Shown: positions 10,278 through 21,608 of the stretch, piece after piece
Layout: each line of letters opens with the position of its first letter
Position numbering within the stretch: the first letter of the stretch is position 1
Source of the DNA: Anderseniella sp.
GTDB taxonomy: Bacteria > Pseudomonadota > Alphaproteobacteria > Rhizobiales > Aestuariivirgaceae
DNA length: 36,959 nucleotides
NCBI GenBank assembly: GCA_013041995.1
Contig: JABDRA010000153.1
Location: 1-36,959 of the forward strand
Reading direction: 5' to 3'
Made by a program: the position numbers and the translations under genes
The notes under the pieces: model-generated
Seen by the model: the letters and a program-made list of their open reading frames with translations, nothing else
Database searches by the model: none
What the model was told of the DNA's origin: nothing

Positions 10278-11234
10278 AAGTTTCCGCAGGTAAACCGAAT
10301 TGATCAAGTGGTCCGGCCCCTTGCGCAATATCAGGTCTGCGCGCTGCCGGGTCGGCAGAACATTTTCGCGCAGGTTTGCCAGGTTGACGGTTTCCCAGAT
10401 CCGGGTGGCGGTTTCCTGGGCTTCCACATCCGACAGTTTCGAATATCTGTGGAAGTATGAACCAGGGTCCGCAAATGCGGTTTCACGGAACGAGAAGAAC
10501 CGGTTGACATACCAGGTGCGCAAATCGTTTTCGTCAGCATCGATGAAGATCGAGAAATCAAAATAGTCCGACACATAGGGTATGGCCTTGCCGTCGCGCG
10601 GCGGCCGACCGGTCTGCAGTACGTTGAGGCCTTCGACAATCAGTATGTCCGGCTGGTCAATGGTGATGTGCTTGCCCGGTTCGATGTCATAGCTGAAGTG
10701 TGAATAGACCGGTGCCCGCACATTGTGATTGCCGGCCTTGATGTCGGACAGGAACTTCAACAACACCGGCAGATCATAGCTTTCGGGAAAGCCTTTCCGG
10801 TTCATCAAACCTTCACGCTCCAACACGGCATTGGGCAGCAGAAATCCATCTGTCGGCAACAGCGCAACCTTCGGGTGATTGGGCCAGCGCGCCAGCAAAC
10901 CGCGCAGAATCCTGGCCGTCGTGCTTTTGCCGCCCGCCACACTGCCGGCAATGCCGATAATGTAGGGCACCTTGTGATTGTTGCCGCCGAGAAAGTTCTG
11001 GGTGACCGAAAACAGGTCCTGGCTGGCTGCAACATACAGGTTCAGCAAACGCGATAATGGCAGGTAGATGGCCACCACCTCGTCCAGGTTCACACGATCA
11101 TTTACACCGCGCAGTTCCTCGACCTCGGCAGCCGTCAGGGTCAGTGGTGTATCGGCGCGGAGCTTGGCCCATTCGGTTCGCGTGAAGATGCGATACGGTG
11201 ACAGCTGTGATGTGTTCTGATCCATGGGATCCAT
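10275..11234 (-). CDS. coaA: Type I pantothenate kinase
   Basis: [10 protein letters not shown]-loop [17 protein letters not shown] and EGLNVLQ motifs. Confidence 0.97.
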   Translation of the reverse strand: MDPMDQNTSQLSPYRIFTRTEWAKLRADTPLTLTAAEVEELRGVNDRVNLDEVVAIYLPLSRLLNLYVAASQDLFSVTQNFLGGNNHKVPYIIGIAGSVAGGKSTTARILRGLLARWPNHPKVALLPTDGFLLPNAVLEREGLMNRKGFPESYDLPVLLKFLSDIKAGNHNVRAPVYSHFSYDIEPGKHITIDQPDILIVEGLNVLQTGRPPRDGKAIPYVSDYFDFSIFIDADENDLRTWYVNRFFSFRETAFADPGSYFHRYSKLSDVEAQETATRIWETVNLANLRENVLPTRQRADLILRKGPDHLINSVYLRKL

Positions 11235-11235
11235 A

Positions 11236-11574
11236 TCAACCCGGGTTGCGGGATGCCTTTTCTTCCAGACCGCTTTGCGAGAACCGGTTGCCCAGTTCGT
11301 CCATCACCTGTTCCAGCGAAACGCCCGTCGCCTTCAACAGAACAAGCAGATGATACACTACATCTGCCGCTTCCGCTGTTGTGTGATTTGCATCCCTGCC
11401 TTGCGATGCAAGTATCAGCTCGATGGCTTCCTCGCCAAATTTACGCGCGCACTTTTCCGATCCTGCCGCCAGCAAACCGGCAGTATAGGAGGTTTCCCCA
11501 TCGCCCGCAGCAGTCCGGGACGCAATGATTGCCTCCAGGCGAGCCAGTGTCTGCAATTTGTCCAGCGTCTGCAT
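11236..11574 (-). CDS. hisE: Phosphoribosyl-ATP pyrophosphatase
   Basis: [14 protein letters not shown] and [13 protein letters not shown] motifs. The C-terminus contains SGLEEKASR. Confidence 0.96.
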   Translation of the reverse strand: MQTLDKLQTLARLEAIIASRTAAGDGETSYTAGLLAAGSEKCARKFGEEAIELILASQGRDANHTTAEAADVVYHLLVLLKATGVSLEQVMDELGNRFSQSGLEEKASRNPG

Positions 11575-11601
11575 TGTCATCTCCAATTCTCGCGCGACCG
11601 G

Positions 11602-12375
11602 TTACACCAACCGCACAGGCACACCCTGTTGTGCCATGAATTGCTTGGCTTCGGAAATCGTATGGGTTCCGAAATGGAAAATCGAGGCGGCAAGCACTGC
11701 ACTGGCTTCGGCCTTTTTGATGCCGTCAACCAGATGTTGCAGAGATCCAACGCCGCCGGACGCGATAACCGGCACATTGACAGCGCGCGACACGGCCCGG
11801 GTAAGCTCGATGTCAAACCCATCTCCGGTTCCGTCCCGGTCCATTGAGGTCAGAAGTATCTCGCCTGCCCCCAATGCGACCACCTTACGGGAAAACTCGA
11901 TCGCATCGATGCCGGTCGGTTCACGCCCGCCATGGGTGAAGATTTCCCAGCGCAACGGTTCATTGTCGCCACTTACCTTTTTGGCATCAACAGCAACCAC
12001 GATGCATTGCGAACCGAACTTGCGGGCGGCCTCGGCCACGAATTCCGGATCCTTCACCGCCGCGGTATTGATCGACACCTTGTCGGCACCGGCCAGTAAC
12101 AATTTACGAATGTCATCGGTGGTGCGAACACCGCCGCCTACCGTCAGCGGCATGAAACACTGTTCGGCAGTTTGGCGCACAACGTCGAAAATAATGCCCC
12201 GGTTTTCATGAGTTGCGGTGATGTCCAGAAAACACAGCTCATCGGCGCCGGCCGCATCATAGGCTTTTGCGATCTGCACCGGATCGCCGGCATCGCGCAG
12301 GTCCACAAAATTGACGCCCTTGACGACCCGGCCATCCTTGACGTCCAGGCAGGGAATGATGCGCGCCTTAAGCAT
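11602..12375 (-). CDS. hisF: Imidazole glycerol phosphate synthase cyclase subunit
   Basis: [19 protein letters not shown] and [12 protein letters not shown] motifs. Confidence 0.99.
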   Translation of the reverse strand: MLKARIIPCLDVKDGRVVKGVNFVDLRDAGDPVQIAKAYDAAGADELCFLDITATHENRGIIFDVVRQTAEQCFMPLTVGGGVRTTDDIRKLLLAGADKVSINTAAVKDPEFVAEAARKFGSQCIVVAVDAKKVSGDNEPLRWEIFTHGGREPTGIDAIEFSRKVVALGAGEILLTSMDRDGTGDGFDIELTRAVSRAVNVPVIASGGVGSLQHLVDGIKKAEASAVLAASIFHFGTHTISEAKQFMAQQGVPVRLV

Positions 12376-13105
12376 GGCTTGCGCCTTTCAGGGTTTGCAA
12401 TGCCAGGGCCGGGTCAATGCGGCCATCATACAGCGCCCGCCCGCTGATCGCGCCTTCCAGCACGGTACAGTCTTTGTGCGTCAACCGGTTGATATCGTCC
12501 ATGGATGCCAGGCCACCGCTGGCAATGACCGGAATGCTCGTGGCACCCGCCAGTTCCAGCGTCGACGTGATGTTCAGGCCTGCCAGTATCCCGTCACGGT
12601 CAATATCGGTATAGATGATGGCAGCAACACCGACGTCTTCAAACTTGGATGCCAGGTCCAGCACGCTCAAGGTTGAACTTTCCGCCCAGCCTTCAACTGC
12701 AACATAACCACCTTTGGCATCAATGCCGACCGCAACACGGCCCGGAAATTCCCGGCAGGCCTGGCGCACCAGTCCGGGATCGCGAACCGCAAGCGTGCCC
12801 AGAATGACCCGGGCAATTCCCTTGTCCAGCCATCCGGCTATGGCGTCCAGATCCCGTATGCCACCGCCAAGCTGAACCGGAATGGATACCGCCTTCAAGA
12901 TGGCCTCGACGGCTTCGCCATTAACGGATGTACCGGCAAAAGCGCCGTTCAGGTCCACAATATGAAGGTACTCGAACCCTTGGTCCTGAAACGTCCGTGC
13001 CTGGGCAGCAGGATCATCGGCAAAAACCGTTGCCTGGTCCATGTCGCCCAGTTTCAGGCGGACACACTGGCCATCCTTGAGGTCAATCGCAGGAAAAAGA
13101 ATCAT
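12368..13105 (-). CDS. hisA: ProFAR isomerase
   Basis: [27 protein letters not shown] and TDIDRDG motifs. Confidence 0.98.
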   Translation of the reverse strand: MILFPAIDLKDGQCVRLKLGDMDQATVFADDPAAQARTFQDQGFEYLHIVDLNGAFAGTSVNGEAVEAILKAVSIPVQLGGGIRDLDAIAGWLDKGIARVILGTLAVRDPGLVRQACREFPGRVAVGIDAKGGYVAVEGWAESSTLSVLDLASKFEDVGVAAIIYTDIDRDGILAGLNITSTLELAGATSIPVIASGGLASMDDINRLTHKDCTVLEGAISGRALYDGRIDPALALQTLKGASHA

Positions 13106-13119
13106 TGATCAGGTGGTCC

Positions 13120-13770
13120 TCAGGGTGCCCAGGTCAGAAAATTCGAAATGAAAGCCAGTCCAAGTGTCTGGCTTTTTTCAGGATGGAACTGCGTTCCCGC
13201 CATATTAGCGCTGGCAACGATCGCGGTAATGGGCTCGCCGTACTGTGCTGTTGCAACAACATCTGCCTGATTGCGTGCGCGCAAGTGATAGGAATGCACG
13301 AAATACGCATGCTGACCATCGGCACCGGTTTCGATGCCGTCCAACAGCGCGTGCGGTCGCGTAACGTCCAGCGTGTTCCAGCCCATGTGTGGAATCTTGA
13401 GATCACTATCACCGACATCGATCCGGTCCACTTCACCTTCGATCCATCCAAAGCCCGGTGTTACCGTATGTTCAAGACCGCGCGTGGCCATCAACTGCAT
13501 GCCGACACAAATCCCCAGAAACGGCCTGGCTCTCGCCGTGCAGTGTTCCTCAATGGCCTGCCACATACCGTCGATGGCGTGAATGCCGTCGTGGCAGTCG
13601 CGATAGGCGCCGACACCCGGCAGCACTACCCTGTCGGCACTTGCCACTTGCTCCGGTGTGTCAACGAGCTCAATGCTGGTGGCGCTGTCCAACGCAGATG
13701 CAGCCCGCTCAAATGACTTCTGGGCCGAACGCAGATTACCTGAGCCGTAATCAATGATAGCAACCCGCAT
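13120..13770 (-). CDS. hisH: Imidazole glycerol phosphate synthase glutaminase subunit
   Basis: [17 protein letters not shown] and QFHPEKS motifs. Confidence 0.98.
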   Translation of the reverse strand: MRVAIIDYGSGNLRSAQKSFERAASALDSATSIELVDTPEQVASADRVVLPGVGAYRDCHDGIHAIDGMWQAIEEHCTARARPFLGICVGMQLMATRGLEHTVTPGFGWIEGEVDRIDVGDSDLKIPHMGWNTLDVTRPHALLDGIETGADGQHAYFVHSYHLRARNQADVVATAQYGEPITAIVASANMAGTQFHPEKSQTLGLAFISNFLTWAP

Positions 13771-13777
13771 GCCTCAT

Positions 13778-14176
13778 CTATCCGTTCTGATCTGAAAGCC
13801 GTGCGGCGAAAAACCGGTATGAGGCTTCTTCGCCATTGTCCGCGACAATGTCGGCAACCTCGTCGAAGCCGCGTTTGGCAAGTGCCCGGCGCCGGTAATT
13901 ATTGCCTTCAAGACCGAAAAACAGATTGGCCAGGAGACCCATGGCACCGGCCAAATTATCCGGCCAGGAAAACAGGTAACCGGCCGCAATTGTCAGCGCC
14001 ACGATGCCCAGATAACCGACAAGCGGCAACCACAGGCGATACCACAGCATCCAGAAAACCGGAATGAAGAATGCCGGCCAGGAAAACCCGTCCTTGACGA
14101 ATACAACACCCTTGCCGTTGTCGATCTGATCCGGCGCGAGCGCGTCGGGTTTACTGTGAACAGTATAGGTCAGCAT
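13778..14176 (-). CDS. DUF2628 family membrane protein
   Basis: YTVH...FVKDGFSWPAF...W...LW motif. Sits between hisB and hisH as in many rhizobia. Confidence 0.8.
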   Translation of the reverse strand: MLTYTVHSKPDALAPDQIDNGKGVVFVKDGFSWPAFFIPVFWMLWYRLWLPLVGYLGIVALTIAAGYLFSWPDNLAGAMGLLANLFFGLEGNNYRRRALAKRGFDEVADIVADNGEEASYRFFAARLSDQNG

Positions 14177-14180
14177 GACA

Positions 14181-14780
14181 TCATCCTTCTCTGCCAAGCG
14201 TTCCCTTGGTCGACGGGACAGCGTCCGGCATACGCGGGTCGATTTCGAGGCAATCACGCAGCGCGCGCGCTACAGCCTTGAAGCAGCTTTCCGCAATGTG
14301 GTGATTGTTGATACCATACAGGGTTTCAACATGCAGGGTCATACCGGCGTTTTGCGCAAAGGCCTGAAAGAACTCGCGGAACAACTCGGTATCCATCTCG
14401 CCGATCTTGTCGGCACTGAACTCGCTGCGCCATACCAGAAACGGCCTGCCGGACACATCGATACTGGCGCGCGACAGTGCCTCGTCCATTGCCAGGTAGG
14501 CGTGGCCATACCGGCGTATACCGCGGCGGTCACCCAAGGCCGTCGATATCGCCTGACCCAGCGCAATACCGGTATCCTCGGTGGTGTGATGCATGTCGAT
14601 ATGCAAGTCACCGGCGGTTTTGATGGTCATGTCGATAAGCGAGTGGCGCGACAACTGATCAAGCATGTGATCCAGAAACCCGATGCCGGTCGCAATCGTG
14701 CGTTTACCGGTTCCGTCAAGGTTAACCTCAACGGTGACATCGGTCTCGTTGGTCTTGCGTGTTATACTGGCTGTTCGCAT
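14181..14780 (-). CDS. hisB: Imidazoleglycerol-phosphate dehydratase
   Basis: [21 protein letters not shown] and NNHHIAES motifs. The true start is ATG 14780; the 390-aa track ORF is over-extended. Confidence 0.98.
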   Translation of the reverse strand: MRTASITRKTNETDVTVEVNLDGTGKRTIATGIGFLDHMLDQLSRHSLIDMTIKTAGDLHIDMHHTTEDTGIALGQAISTALGDRRGIRRYGHAYLAMDEALSRASIDVSGRPFLVWRSEFSADKIGEMDTELFREFFQAFAQNAGMTLHVETLYGINNHHIAESCFKAVARALRDCLEIDPRMPDAVPSTKGTLGREG

Positions 14781-14937
14781 GGTTAACTTCCATCGTGGTG
14801 CGCCTTCGGGGCAGACTTTTAGCAGGCTGCGACGGGGACGCAAGGCCCCAACCATGGCTTGATTAACCAGGCAGGGTCTTTTATTGGCCGTAGGCAGTTC
14901 CCAAATAACCATCACAGATACAACTGAGAGTTGATTT

Positions 14938-15498
14938 ATGACACATAATACGGATGCCAGTCTCTGGCATGGCACGACAATCGTCACCGTCCGCAAAGGC
15001 GACTGCGTGGTGGTTGCGGGCGATGGCCAGGTCAGCCTGTCCAATACGGTGATCAAATCGAACGCCCGCAAGGTGCGGCCACTGGGCAAGGGAGACGTCA
15101 TTGCCGGGTTTGCCGGTGCAACCGCCGATGCCATGACGCTGTTCGAACGCCTTGAAGCCAAGCTAGAACAATATCCCAACCAGTTGACCCGTGCCTGCGT
15201 GGAACTGGCCAAGGACTGGCGCACCGACAGGTATCTGCGCCGACTGGAGGCCATGATGATCGTGGCTGATCGGGAAACCAGCCTGGTGCTCACCGGTACC
15301 GGCGACGTGCTTGAACCGGAAAACGGCATCATCGCCATCGGGTCCGGTGGCAATTATGCGCTTGCTGCAGCACGCGCCCTTGCCGACAGCGACATGGACG
15401 CGGAACAAATCGCCAGGCGCGCCATGAAAATAGCCGCTGATATCTGTGTTTTCACCAATGAGAATGTGACGGTCGAGAAACTCGACAAAGCCAAGTAG
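14938..15498 (+). CDS. hslV: ATP-dependent protease peptidase subunit HslV
   Basis: HGTTI propeptide/catalytic Thr, GFAGATADA and GSGGNYA motifs. Confidence 0.98.
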   Translation: MTHNTDASLWHGTTIVTVRKGDCVVVAGDGQVSLSNTVIKSNARKVRPLGKGDVIAGFAGATADAMTLFERLEAKLEQYPNQLTRACVELAKDWRTDRYLRRLEAMMIVADRETSLVLTGTGDVLEPENGIIAIGSGGNYALAAARALADSDMDAEQIARRAMKIAADICVFTNENVTVEKLDKAK

Positions 15499-15512
15499 GA
15501 CACTTCACCACC

Positions 15513-16820
15513 ATGACTGACTTCTCTCCACGCGAGATCGTATCGGAGCTTGACCGCCATATTGTCGGTCAGCAGGACGCAAAGCGCATGGTTGCCATTG
15601 CCCTGCGCAATCGCTGGCGCCGCAAGCAACTGGATGCCGACCTGCGCGACGAAGTGATGCCGAAGAATATACTGATGATCGGCCCCACCGGTGTCGGCAA
15701 GACCGAAATCGCAAGGCGCCTGGCGAAACTTGCCAACGCACCGTTCATCAAGGTGGAAGCCACCAAGTTCACCGAAGTGGGCTATGTCGGCCGGGACGTT
15801 GAGCAGATTGTCCGTGATCTTGTTGAAGTCGGCATCGGCCTTGCCCGTGAAACGCGCCGCAAGGACGTTGAGGCCAATGCCCAGGCCAATGCTGAAAACC
15901 GGGTGCTGGACGCCCTGGTGGGACCGAATGCCTCGAAGGGCACGCGGGACAGTTTCAGGGTAAAACTGCGCAGTGGTGAGCTCGACGACAAGGAAATCGA
16001 GATCGAGGTCGTCGACAACAGTTCAGGTATGCCGACAATGGATATTCCGGGCATGCCGGGCTCATCCGTCGGCATGGTCAACCTGTCCGACATGCTGGGC
16101 AAGGCCATGGGCGGGCGTACAAAAACCCGGCGTATCACCGTGCGCGAGAGCCACGACCTCCTGATGCCGGAAGAATCCGACAAGCTGATCGATCAGGAAC
16201 AGATCGTCAGCGAGGCAATCGAGGCTGCCGAGAACAATGGCATCGTGTTCCTGGACGAGATCGACAAGGTCACGGCCAGGGCTGACCGACAGGGCGCGGA
16301 TGTAAGCCGCGAAGGCGTGCAGCGTGACCTGTTGCCGCTTATTGAAGGCACGACCGTCAGCACCAAACACGGGCCGGTCAAAACCGACCATATCCTGTTC
16401 ATCGCCTCAGGCGCGTTTCATGTTGCCAAACCGTCCGACCTGTTGCCGGAACTGCAGGGGCGACTGCCAATCCGGGTGGAACTGAAAGCGCTTACCCGTG
16501 ATGATTTCGTGCGCATTCTGGTGGAGCCCGAGGCCAGCCTGGTGAAGCAGTACATTGCACTGATGGCCACCGAGGGCCTGACCCTGGAGGTTACCGACGA
16601 CGGGGTCGAGGCCCTGGCGGACATCGCAGCGGAAGTGAACTCATCGGTTGAGAATATCGGCGCACGCCGCCTGCAGACCATTATGGAACGGGTGCTGGAG
16701 GAGATCAGCTTTACCGCCACCGACCGGGGTGGAGAAACCGTCGTTCTTGATCGCGCCTTTGTCGAAAAGAATATCGGCGATCTGGCCCGTGATACGGACT
16801 TGTCGAAGTTTATTCTTTAA
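15513..16820 (+). CDS. hslU: ATP-dependent protease ATPase subunit HslU
   Basis: [13 protein letters not shown] pore loop, FLDEIDK and NIGARRL motifs. C-terminal DLSKFIL. Confidence 0.99.
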   Translation: MTDFSPREIVSELDRHIVGQQDAKRMVAIALRNRWRRKQLDADLRDEVMPKNILMIGPTGVGKTEIARRLAKLANAPFIKVEATKFTEVGYVGRDVEQIVRDLVEVGIGLARETRRKDVEANAQANAENRVLDALVGPNASKGTRDSFRVKLRSGELDDKEIEIEVVDNSSGMPTMDIPGMPGSSVGMVNLSDMLGKAMGGRTKTRRITVRESHDLLMPEESDKLIDQEQIVSEAIEAAENNGIVFLDEIDKVTARADRQGADVSREGVQRDLLPLIEGTTVSTKHGPVKTDHILFIASGAFHVAKPSDLLPELQGRLPIRVELKALTRDDFVRILVEPEASLVKQYIALMATEGLTLEVTDDGVEALADIAAEVNSSVENIGARRLQTIMERVLEEISFTATDRGGETVVLDRAFVEKNIGDLARDTDLSKFIL

Positions 16821-17190
16821 CCTTTTCGTCTACAGGATCCGACTGATCAAGCAACTGCAGATGCTCTCGCAGGTCTGCTTCACTCAGCCGCGAGATGCTG
16901 CCTGCCAGACGGTTGGCAAGTTCGGTTGCCCTGGGCGACAGGCCGGACGTGTCAATGACGGCGCGAGGGTGTGACAGGCGTGCCAGTTCGGCGATATCTT
17001 CGGCCTCATCCCAGATCACGTTGAAATAGGCGATGATGCGCTGAACCAGATACCAGCTCGGCAGTCCACGCTTGCCGTTTTCCAGGGCCGACAAATACGG
17101 TGCGCTGACACCGATGGCCTTGGCCATTTGTTTCATGGTCACGCCCCGGTCCTTTCGCAAGGCGCGGATTTTTTCTCCGAACGGCGTCAT
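16810..17190 (-). CDS. XRE-family helix-turn-helix protein
   Basis: [12 protein letters not shown]...[16 protein letters not shown]. Translationally coupled to the Smr gene (ATGA overlap). Confidence 0.9.
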   Translation of the reverse strand: MTPFGEKIRALRKDRGVTMKQMAKAIGVSAPYLSALENGKRGLPSWYLVQRIIAYFNVIWDEAEDIAELARLSHPRAVIDTSGLSPRATELANRLAGSISRLSEADLREHLQLLDQSDPVDEKVKE

Positions 17191-17825
17191 GGCCGGTCAG
17201 CCTTTCGCTTCAGGCGGACATAAAAAGCGCCGCCTCCGCCATGGCGCGGGTGAGCAGGTTGAAATCCGACTATGCTGGATGAAAATTCCCGCTGCGCCAT
17301 CCAACGCGGAAACTCGGCCCGCAACCGCCCCTGGCGTTCCGGGGCCTGAAACACATCTGTCGAATGCAGCGTGTGTCTTGTGAACGGAGAGGCACCCTTG
17401 CCGGTGATAACCAGTACATTGCGAAACCCCTGTTCACGCGATGATTGCAGGAATCCCAGCAGTGACATGCGAGCGCGTTCCACGGAGTGTCCGTGCAGAT
17501 CCAGCCGTGCTTCAATATCAACATTGCCACGCGACAGTTTCTGTTTATGCCGCCTGTCCAGATTGTTGTGCGGTTGTGGTTGAATGGCGTGGCGCACAAT
17601 GGCGCGAGCAGCCTTGCGAACCGGGTCGGCTGGCCTGGGCACACTCTTAACGTTGCGCTCGTGGTCTGAAACCGGTCGCGCCGGCCTGATTTCAGCGGCC
17701 GGTTTTACATAGGGAAGCCTGTTAAGCGGTTTGACGGTCCGGGTTACCTGTTCCCAGACCTCGTGATCATCGTCTTTCAACTGTCCGGCGCGAGAGCCGT
17801 GTTTGGTCCTGCCGGAAGTTTTCAT
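17187..17825 (-). CDS. Smr/MutS2 domain protein
   Basis: LDLHG, VITGKG and HGGGGAFYVRL motifs. Confidence 0.93.
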   Translation of the reverse strand: MKTSGRTKHGSRAGQLKDDDHEVWEQVTRTVKPLNRLPYVKPAAEIRPARPVSDHERNVKSVPRPADPVRKAARAIVRHAIQPQPHNNLDRRHKQKLSRGNVDIEARLDLHGHSVERARMSLLGFLQSSREQGFRNVLVITGKGASPFTRHTLHSTDVFQAPERQGRLRAEFPRWMAQREFSSSIVGFQPAHPRHGGGGAFYVRLKRKADRP

Positions 17826-19003
17826 CTGCCGTGTTTCCGCAGCAGCCGGGTTGCCAGCGCCCGTGGCACGAGGGCTGTCAGAAATCCGGCCTGATCCATG
17901 GCACCGGCATCACGGCCGGCCTGCTGCCCGGTTCCCATGAACACGTCACCGCGGGACGGGCCCCTAATGGCTGAACCGGTATCCTGGGCGACCATCAAGC
18001 GGTTGAATGGTTCAAGACTGCCGTCGGCAAAAACCGTCGTGGACACCCACAACGGGACGCCAAGGGCCCAATAGCGCCGGTCAACCGCCAGGGAGCGCAG
18101 TGTTGTCAGCGGCAGGTTCTGAGCGCCAACCGGCCCGGTTTCAGCGCCGTGGTTGTTCAACTCCCGGAAGAACACATAGGATTTGTTTTCCCACATGACG
18201 TGGCGAGCCTGGTTCGGATTATTCTTCAGCCAGGCCCGCAATGCCTGCATGGACATGCCCTCACGGGTCATTTCATTGCGGTCAATCAGAACCTTGCCGA
18301 TCGACGTGTAGGGCAAGCCGGTTTTTGCTGCATAGCCCAGACGCACATTGCCGCCTTCGCGCAACCGCACCCGGCCGGAACCCTGTATCTGCATGAAGAA
18401 CAAATCTGTCCAGGATCTGAGGTATAAAAGCTCAAGGTTTCTGGATAACAGCTGGCCCTGTTCGATCTGCTGCCGGGTGAAGTAGGGCCACGCCGTGCCA
18501 TCGGCAATCCGGCCATACCCGACACCCAGCCTGGCCGCAGCAGATTTGGACAGCTTGACCAGATCATCCGGCCGCCTGAGAACCGGAACGCTGAACTCAC
18601 CGCCCTTGAGCCTGCTGCCTTCGACTTCCGGTTCAAAATAACCGGTAAACTGACCGTCAACACCGGTGACGGTCAGGGCGACCAGGTGGTCTTCAAAAAA
18701 CCTTCGGGCCGTGACCGGCGAGACATCTGCTCGCCTCGCCTGCTCACACACCGTCAGCCAGTCCCGGCGGGTGCCGGATAACAGGGCCTTGCGGGAAAAC
18801 CCGACGCCGCTGGTCGTCAGTTCATCGCAAGCGCGCACAAATACCCGCAAAGCAGCGCTGTGATCGTCGCGTTGCCAGCCGGGCAGGTTGCTGAATGACA
18901 CTTGTTCAAGCCGCAATGCCAGCGCCGGCTGTGCTGTCGACATGGCGGTCATGACGGCCAACAGGGCAATAATGAGCTGTTTGCAGCGGATTGCGGCATG
19001 CAT
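17822..19003 (-). CDS. mltA: Membrane-bound lytic murein transglycosylase A
   Basis: N-terminal signal peptide, FTGYFEP, FFMQIQGSG, SYVFF and AQDTGSAIRG..RGD (3D domain). Confidence 0.93.
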   Translation of the reverse strand: MHAAIRCKQLIIALLAVMTAMSTAQPALALRLEQVSFSNLPGWQRDDHSAALRVFVRACDELTTSGVGFSRKALLSGTRRDWLTVCEQARRADVSPVTARRFFEDHLVALTVTGVDGQFTGYFEPEVEGSRLKGGEFSVPVLRRPDDLVKLSKSAAARLGVGYGRIADGTAWPYFTRQQIEQGQLLSRNLELLYLRSWTDLFFMQIQGSGRVRLREGGNVRLGYAAKTGLPYTSIGKVLIDRNEMTREGMSMQALRAWLKNNPNQARHVMWENKSYVFFRELNNHGAETGPVGAQNLPLTTLRSLAVDRRYWALGVPLWVSTTVFADGSLEPFNRLMVAQDTGSAIRGPSRGDVFMGTGQQAGRDAGAMDQAGFLTALVPRALATRLLRKHGR

Positions 19004-19011
19004 CCTTGTTC

Positions 19012-19743
19012 TCAGTCAGCCTCGGTGGCGACCAGGCGCCAGTTTGGATCGCGTGAATTGACCGGACGTTCAAAGGTCCACACGTCGGTGATTTCCTGGA
19101 TTTCAGACGGATCGCCATCAATCACCCTGCCCTCTTCATCCAGGGTTGCGGTAATCAGGTCGCTGACAAACTTGATGCTGACCTGGGCATCGCCACCTGC
19201 AATGCTGATTTTGCTGATATCGGCCTTGTTGATACCGACAAACTTCGACTCCAGCGTGTGCTGCAATTTCTTGCGCTCATCGATCGCGGCTGCAAATCCG
19301 TCATAAACCTCCCTCGACAACAAGGGTTTCAAAGCCTGCTTGTCACCTTCGGCAAATGCGTTGACGATCATTTCGTAGGCCATGCGCGCGCCGCCAAGAA
19401 ACTCACCTGGCGAGAAGTCATTATCGGCCTTGACCAGGTTCTCGATACCTTTCGCAACAGCCGAGCCCTTCTTGGCAAAGCCCTGCCAGACAGGTTTGCG
19501 CTCGTCTTCATCCTCATCATCGTCATCGGACTCGGGTGAATTGACGGGTGCAGGCTTGTTTCGGCCAGGTAATGGCACCACATTATCGGAGGACGAGGTT
19601 TGCGCATCATCGTTTTCACCAGCAAACGGGTCGAACGGCTTTTCACTGCCGGTTCGCGTTCCAAGCACAGCGCGCAGCCGGAAGAAGATGATCACAGCCA
19701 CTGCGAGAATAATAATATTGAAAGGGTCAAAGACCTGATTCAT
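19012..19743 (-). CDS. Tim44/TimA family adaptor protein
   Basis: N-terminal TM helix plus LRAVLG.RTG, GARMAYEMIV.AFA.GD and DVWTFER...DPNWRLVAT motifs. Confidence 0.93.
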   Translation of the reverse strand: MNQVFDPFNIIILAVAVIIFFRLRAVLGTRTGSEKPFDPFAGENDDAQTSSSDNVVPLPGRNKPAPVNSPESDDDDEDEDERKPVWQGFAKKGSAVAKGIENLVKADNDFSPGEFLGGARMAYEMIVNAFAEGDKQALKPLLSREVYDGFAAAIDERKKLQHTLESKFVGINKADISKISIAGGDAQVSIKFVSDLITATLDEEGRVIDGDPSEIQEITDVWTFERPVNSRDPNWRLVATEAD

Positions 19744-19923
19744 AGCGTTTGCCAGTTCCTGTCGTTGGTTTGTGTGCCGGCGGCAATGACGCCTGCAAAT
19801 GGTTTACATACTGTTATATAAGTACTGATTGTACAAAGGTACAATGCTGCGGCATTGTGATCATGCCTGACAGCTCATCAAGTACGGAAATTTGCCAACC
19901 ATATCGATCAAGTGTGATTACCA

Positions 19924-20430
19924 ATGCGATTTTTTCTGTTTCTAGCCTTTGTTGTCGTCCCGATTGTGGAGATCGGCCTGTTTTTGCAGGTTGGTTCGTA
20001 TATTGGCGTGCCCGCCACGTTAGGACTTATCATACTGACAGCCATCGCCGGCACCATGCTTGTACGCAGTCAGGGCATAGATGTAATTCGTAAAGTTCAG
20101 AATTCCGCAAATCGCGGAGAAATGCCCGTGGCCGCGTTGGTCCAGGGTCTTTTTGTTTTGATAGCAGGCATCCTTTTGCTCACACCCGGTTTTGCCACCG
20201 ACACGTTAGGGTTTGCCCTGTTGATACCACCGGTGCGTGAGGTGCTTGCAGCAAAAATATGGAAATTTATTGAACCCAACGTTGTCACATCGACCCAGTG
20301 GTCATCAACACATACCACCGGCAACCGGAACCGGCCAGGTGGCACGGTTATTGACGTTGAAGCAGTCGAGATTGACGAGACAGCCAAAAATGGCGCAGAA
20401 AAACCGGGCAATACGCAACGTCATCAATAA
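19924..20430 (+). CDS. fxsA: FxsA family membrane protein
   Basis: PIVEI...G..IG and LLLTPGFATD.LG..LLIPPVR motifs. Confidence 0.92.
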   Translation: MRFFLFLAFVVVPIVEIGLFLQVGSYIGVPATLGLIILTAIAGTMLVRSQGIDVIRKVQNSANRGEMPVAALVQGLFVLIAGILLLTPGFATDTLGFALLIPPVREVLAAKIWKFIEPNVVTSTQWSSTHTTGNRNRPGGTVIDVEAVEIDETAKNGAEKPGNTQRHQ

Positions 20431-20556
20431 TGCCGGTGACAATGGCAGCATCGAGCTTCCGGCGGGCAGCATGATAACTTGCACGAATGCAGATGCCGTG
20501 ATAGCCACGCGTTCTGTAAACAAATTCGACTTTATGACCTGAAGGGCAGATTGAAC

Positions 20557-21090
20557 ATGGCAAAAGCGGCGAAGAAGGCTAGCAAGAAAGCAGAACCAGC
20601 AGCACAAGCAGCATTACCGGAAGGTTCCGGCAGCAACGGGTCTACGCAAGGCGCTGCGCCATCGATGAAAATTCTCGGTCAGTATGTGAAGGACCTGTCG
20701 TTTGAAAACCCTGACGCGCCGCGGTCGCTGGCCGGTCAGGAAGGCCAGCCGGAGATCAACATTTCTGTAAATGTAAACGCCAAGCCTCTTGCCGAAACAG
20801 ACTTTGAAGTCGAACTGCATCTCGATGCGAAAGCTATGAACAAGGACAAGGTGGTTTTTGCCACGGAGCTGCTTTATGCAGGCATTTTCCGGCTGGAAAA
20901 CATCCCACAGGATGCGCTGCACGCGATTGTTCTGGTGGAATGTCCGCGCATGATATTCCCGTTTGCCAGACAGATTGTGGCTGATGTAACCCGCAATGGC
21001 GGTTTTCCGCCGCTGATGCTTGATCCAATCGACTTCGCAGCCATGTATCAGCAACGGATCGCCGCCGAAGCTGCAACTGCTGATGCATAG
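20557..21090 (+). CDS. secB: Protein-export chaperone SecB
   Basis: QYVKDLSFENP, ECPRMIFPFARQI and GGFPPLMLDPIDF motifs. Start at ATG 20557. Confidence 0.97.
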   Translation: MAKAAKKASKKAEPAAQAALPEGSGSNGSTQGAAPSMKILGQYVKDLSFENPDAPRSLAGQEGQPEINISVNVNAKPLAETDFEVELHLDAKAMNKDKVVFATELLYAGIFRLENIPQDALHAIVLVECPRMIFPFARQIVADVTRNGGFPPLMLDPIDFAAMYQQRIAAEAATADA

Positions 21091-21123
21091 TGCTGACGGG
21101 CTGGATACAGCGGGATAGGGCAC

Positions 21124-21144
21124 GGTTTTGAGCCCATCAAAACC
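21124..21144. terminator. Hairpin downstream of secB
   Basis: GGTTTTGA-gccca-TCAAAACC, a perfect 8-bp inverted repeat with no adjacent U-tract. Confidence 0.4.
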
Positions 21145-21222
21145 CGGATTGCTCCGTGGCTTTTTGAGGCATTTCCTGTTCGTAAAGCTGGTACTGACCT
21201 TTGCGAGGAAAGTTATAGAAAG

Positions 21223-21440
21223 TCAAAGGCTGGTTATTTCAGCGGGGTCTTTCAGAACTGAAAATCTATCAATAACCCAGCGCCATGTTCCATCTGGCTG
21301 ACGACGTGCTACTTCAGCAGTAATGCTCCCATCAGGGAGGTGGGTAGAAGTAAGAGCTAGATCGCCACTTACGACTGCTGCGCTCTGTTTTCCTCGAGGA
21401 AATCTTATACCGTCCGCAATGAACTTGGCAAAGACACGGC
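21223..21440 (-). pseudogene. 5'-truncated YybH/SnoaL (NTF2-like) family remnant
   Basis: The C-terminal half is recognisable (VSGDLALTSTHLPDGSITAEVARRQPDGTWRWVID). The in-frame upstream sequence does not resemble the family N-terminus, and there is only a TTG start with no clear RBS. Confidence 0.7.
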
Positions 21441-21584
21441 TACCGTCGTTCTTTCCATGGAGCAACGCAAAGATACTCCGCCGAATTTGCGTGCTGACTT
21501 TGTGGGTTTGACCGGAACGAAATGAGTTTTTGTCCAGACAGCAGCTGATGAACGCTAAGAGTTATGTCCTAAGGTCAACTTACG

Positions 21585-21593
21585 TGTTATTGT
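21585..21593 (+). promoter_or_regulatory. Possible extended -10 promoter for the haloperoxidase gene
   Basis: TG-t-TATTGT would place the transcription start near 21600. No good -35 element. Confidence 0.3.
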
Positions 21594-21608
21594 TGACGCA
21601 GCGGAATA

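Noticed and set aside
14878-14906. RpoH-like promoter before hslV (CTTT-N18-CCCAAAT)
   Set aside because: Biologically plausible, but both elements are mismatched, so it is too weak to list as a feature.
14781-15353. Apparent 190-aa N-terminal extension of HisB (likewise for DnaK, DnaJ, CoaE, SecB and Nth)
   Set aside because: Artifacts of longest-ORF calling. The extensions overlap neighbouring genes or leaders, and better starts lie downstream.
19500-19532. TCA/TCG trinucleotide-like run in tim44
   Set aside because: It simply encodes an acidic linker (SDDDDEDEDE) and is not a repeat element.
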